Below, one piece after another: positions 18,972 to 22,577 of a stretch of DNA of 22,577 nucleotides. Source of the DNA: Octopus sinensis. Taxonomy: Eukaryota. Below the pieces are notes generated by a model. That model worked only from the letters and a program-made list of their open reading frames with translations, was not told the origin of the DNA and did no database searches. The DNA lies in the NCBI RefSeq assembly GCF_006345805.1, contig NW_021824514.1, positions 1 through 22,577 of the forward strand, read 5' to 3'. Every line of letters starts with the position of its first letter. Position 1 is the first letter of the stretch. Both the position numbers and the translations under genes were made by a program.

Positions 18972-19365
18972 CTAGCAGTATTGCCGGCGTTGCTCGGGTT
19001 TGTAAGGGAAATAACTATATAAGCATTTTTAGAGATGTAAAGTATAATAGCCATCTCAATATGGCTAACCACAACGAGGGGGGGTGTTACTGTAGCTTTT
19101 TACGTTCTGAGATTTAATAATAAATTTTTAGAGAGTTACTTCCCTTATATATGCCAAAAATGCATTAAAAATGGGAAAAATTGATGGTAAATTTTTTTTA
19201 ATCGTATAGACTCATCGTAGATGCACGCTAATACCCAGAAGGGCTCGATATGAATCACGACTATAAGATACCCGGTTTTGGTTAAACTGCACCGCAAAAT
19301 GTGGGAGTAGTTAGGAATCTAAATCGTAGGAGACAGACACACAACTTCACTTTTATATATAAAGA
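18972..19365 (-). mobile_element. Non-autonomous Helitron (394 bp)
   Basis: Minus strand: host A|TCTTTATATATAAAAG... 5' end; 3' GC hairpin cccgagcaacgccgg, then CTAG|T; no TSD. These are canonical Helitron termini. Confidence 0.9.
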
Positions 19366-19589
19366 TGTGTGTGTGTGTATGTGTGTGTGTGTTCATGTCT
19401 GGTGTATTTACATCCCCGTGACGTAGCGGTTCAGCAAAAGAGCAGATAAAATAGTTACCAGGTTTAACAAAAAAAATAAGCACAGTGGGGAGGAGTCGAT
19501 TCATTCGACTAAAATTCATTAAGGAGGTGCCCCAGCATGGCCACAGATAAATGATTGAAATAAATAAAAGGTAAAAAATAAAAGACATA

Positions 19590-19599
19590 TACATATATG

Positions 19600-19632
<33 letters not shown>

Positions 19633-19734
19633 ATATTTTTATATATGCGTGTATATATATGTATGTATATGTATATATATATAATTTATGTGTGTTGTGT
19701 GTGTATGTATATATATATATATGTGTGTATATAT

Positions 19735-19791
<57 letters not shown>

Positions 19792-20075
19792 CATACAGAT
19801 AGTATATGTGTATATAAATATATATACAAATATATATATATATTTTGGGATTCAAGATTGGAGCCTGGTGCAGCCATCTGGCTTGCCAGCCTTCAGTCAA
19901 AATCGTCCAACCCATGTTAGCATGGAAAGCGGACGTTAAACGATGATGATGATGATGATGATGATGATAAATATATATACACACATACAAATATGTCTAT
20001 GTGTGTGTATATGTATATATATATACACACATACAAATATGTATATGTGTGTGTGTGTATATATATATATACAGA
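19590..20075. repeat. (TA)/(TG)/(CA) microsatellites enclosing a family C 3' fragment (+, ~19846-19970)
   Basis: cgtccaacccatgttagcatggaaagcggacgttaaacg(atg)n lies within simple repeats. Confidence 0.85.
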
Positions 20076-20316
20076 GGGAGAGAGATGTCCTCATTAGTGC
20101 AATAAAAATTTTGATCTTGTGAAATAAATGGAAAAGTGAATATAACAGATTTTATGTTTTCAGTGACTAAAATAGCCCCAATATGATATAATTGCTTCAG
20201 TTTTAACAAATGGCTTCAGATCAAATGCCTTGCCAAACAAGTACTCTAAAGTACTTGCCAAACAAGTACTCTAAACTATGTGTGTTTGTGTGTGTGTAGT
20301 TAATATATTTTTAGAT

Positions 20317-21370
20317 ACATATGTGCTTGTGATGCATGTGCCTGGAGTCCCCTTATCAGATAGGTAGTCATGATGGGTATACTGGGCTTCATATATTTGT
20401 ACCTCAGCGTCAGTTTGATGGCATGCACTGCTCTCTCACTCAATAATAATAATAATAATAATAATAAAATGTCCTGATGCAGTATCAGGCACTGGCTATG
20501 CCCTGATGCATTACCAGGTAGTGGCTCTCATGGCTTCTGATCTTAACTGATTGGAAGTGTTATCATGTACATTGTTTTGTCTTGATATAAAAGATGGGTT
20601 ACAGCAAATATTCTGCTCAATACCACAGATTTGCTTGTCAGTTGTTTGACCTCAACCAGTTGAGCATGTCCCTTAGTATATGACGATATGTGCATCTCTG
20701 ATCACGAGCAGAAGTAGTGGGGGAGCATCATAGCCATGTGTTGAGAGGGATTCTTTGGGGTTTGAATAATTCACCTATGAAAACATGGGTGTTTCGTTCA
20801 ACATCCTTAAACAACCCTTATTCAGAGACCTTTTGAGTGGGATGGGTTACTCAAACTGAAGAAAATTCTAACTGGGCCCCACCTGCAGGGTCATGTGCTG
20901 TTTATCTTGACATGAGATCACCATGTCATGCACATATGGTTGTGATGCATGTGCCTGGTGTACCCTTATCAGACGGGTAGTCATGATGGGTATACTGGGC
21001 TTCGTATATCTTACCCCATGTCACTTTGATGGCATGCGCTGCTCTCTCACTCAATAATAATAATAATCCTTACTACTACAGGCACAAGACCTGAAATTTT
21101 GAGGGGATGGGGATAGTTGATTGTGTCAACCCCAGTATTTGACTGGTACTTAATTTATCGACCCCGAAAGGATGAAAGGTCATGTGCTGTTTATCTTGAT
21201 ATGAGATCACCATGTCACGCACACATGGTTGTGATGCATGTGCCTAGTGTACCCTCATCAGACGGGTGGTCATGATGGGTATACTGGGCTTTGTATATTT
21301 TACCCGTGTCACTTTGGTGTCATGCACTGCTCTCTCACTCAATAATAATAATGATAATAATGATAATAAA
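20317..21370 (+). mobile_element. Family D: three tandem copies, each ending ctctctcactc(aat)n
   Basis: D1 20317-20441, D2 20473-21052, D3 21176-21340. Orientation is inferred from the shared end and the variable opposite end. Confidence 0.8.
21068..21178 (-). mobile_element. SINE family A (A2 tail), 3' portion
   Basis: gactggtacttaatttatcgaccccgaaaggatgaaagg core; tail cctgtagtagtaagga abuts the (AAT)n tract. Confidence 0.85.
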
Positions 21371-21599
21371 TAGCTAAATAAATAAAGCTACTTGTACAAG
21401 CAAATGGTATTTTAGTCCAATGACATTCAGGTATCTCTTCCCATGTAAGTTATCTTGTCTCTTTATTAATTCCTACAGGGATAGAAGAGTGGCAATGTGT
21501 GTAGACTTTATCAGTTGGAAGCACTCAATCATAAATCTAACACAAAAGATGGCAGGAAATTTATCCAAATATTATTGTCATGTGTTCATGGAGAGAAAT

Positions 21600-21990
21600 T
21601 TGCTTTGATAGCATTGTCCTTGACTAAGCATCTCTGTTTAGGAGAATATTGCTCAACTAGTCACTCTGCAGATATGTTAAGATCTTTGTGGATCTTAAGC
21701 TATATCTTTTGAGGCCTTCGTTAGATTTGCAAGCCTTCTGGCATACATTGCCTTGGAAGGTATGTGCACAGACATATAAGCAGAATAGTTGGTGGGGGTT
21801 CGTTTTCCATGGATTTGCAAATGAGATTTGAGCCCAGCAAAAGAATGGCATGGTTTGTTACAAACTGTGCTCACAAAAAGGTCGTTGTGATTCACCTTCT
21901 CACTTGTAACATCCTTCCTTAAATCTCTTGAGTTTTGCATGCATTATCCTGACCTCTTCAAATGCTTTCACTCTACTCCACACTTTTGTT
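21600..21990 (-). mobile_element. Decayed RTE (BovB-like) LINE C-terminus with two C2H2-like fingers
   Basis: VKAFEEVRIMHAKLKR.LRK...FVSTVCNKPCHSFAGLKSHLQIHG, then FQGNVCQKACKSNEGLKR(fs)LKIHK; matches the FE..R...KR..RK...CxxC..C.S..GL.SH C-terminus of RTE. Confidence 0.75.
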
Positions 21991-22034
21991 TACCATCCAG
22001 CTTGATGTGTGTGTCTGTGTAGTATAGAGTGTGT

Positions 22035-22066
22035 CATATATATATGTACGCATGTATGTATGTACG

Positions 22067-22100
<34 letters not shown>

Positions 22101-22224
22101 TGTATGTATGTATGTATGTATGCATGTATGTATGCATGTATGCATGTATGTATGCATGTATGTATGTATGAATGTATGTATGCATCTCTGCATGTATATG
22201 TAATACATAGAATATATATATACA

Positions 22225-22260
<36 letters not shown>

Positions 22261-22390
22261 TGTATGCATGTATGTATGTACGCATGAATGCATGCATATA
22301 TGCATGTATATGTAATATATAGAAGAATATATATGTATATGCACATATTTGCATGGTTATGTATATACATGTATACATATATGTACATGC
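22035..22390. repeat. (ATGT)n/(ATGC)/(TA) microsatellite
   Basis: Direct reading. Confidence 0.95.
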
Positions 22391-22394
22391 GTTC

Positions 22395-22577
22395 TTTTCT
22401 TTATTCTTTTATTTGTTTCAGTCAATTGACTGCGGCCATGCTGGAGCACCGCCTTTATTCGACCCCAGAACTTATTCTTTGGAAGCCTAATACTTATACT
22501 ATTGGTCTCTTTGCCAAACCGCTAAGTTACGGGGATGTAAACACACCAGCATCGGTTGTCAAGCTATATTGGGGTGA
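22395..22577 (-). mobile_element. SINE family B 3' half, cut by the window edge
   Basis: tgtttcagtcaattgactgcggccatgctggagcaccgcc...catcggttgtcaagc. Confidence 0.9.

Larger units (their letters stand above)
18512..19585 (+). mobile_element. Degenerate SINE A head followed by an old SINE family B split by E2 and a Helitron
   Basis: A head ~18512-18595; B head ~18595-18725; B 3' half ~19390-19585. Confidence 0.75.

Noticed and set aside
20229-20275. 22-bp direct repeat cttgccaaacaagtactctaaa x2
   Set aside because: Only two copies with a 3-bp gap: a local duplication, not a CRISPR-like array.
21245-21265. CTGATGAG on the minus strand of family D copy 3
   Set aside because: Other copies read CTGATAAG and no GAAA follows.
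21685-21880. Host C2H2 zinc-finger gene exon
   Set aside because: Frameshifts, mutated cysteines, no canonical linkers, and continuity with the RTE C-terminal motif.
21985-22000. ATG|gtaaac on the minus strand as the myosin start exon
   Set aside because: It lies at the edge of the RTE remnant, next to a microsatellite.

Overview
Repeat-dense, microsatellite-rich animal genomic DNA, most likely octopus (inferred from the SINE/LINE families and composition, not from a search). The only secure gene feature is a minus-strand coding exon at 86..1, preceded by a strong acceptor and running off the left edge. It encodes AYHHWQSHNVHNTGVDDMVLLQKISVPA(I), the N-terminus of a long-tailed class I myosin (MYO1E/MYO1F type). 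The rest of the window is therefore upstream or intronic to that exon. It holds several tRNA-headed SINE families, 3' remnants of CR1/L2-like, RTE and HERO-like (RLE) LINEs, a non-autonomous Helitron, several foldback elements, a ~190-bp minisatellite and long simple repeats. Almost all ORF-track entries are repeat artefacts. Best leads: (1) a ~205-bp (TA)n-anchored element carrying a Penelope-type minimal hammerhead fold with a non-canonical core; (2) an in-frame 90-nt phase-0/0 candidate cassette exon that would add 30 aa to the myosin-Ie N-terminus; (3) a LINE and a SINE sharing a 3' tail whose terminal hairpin shows compensatory substitutions. Family names A-G are my working labels. Repeat boundaries were placed by eye and may be off by ~10-30 bp unless a TSD is given.
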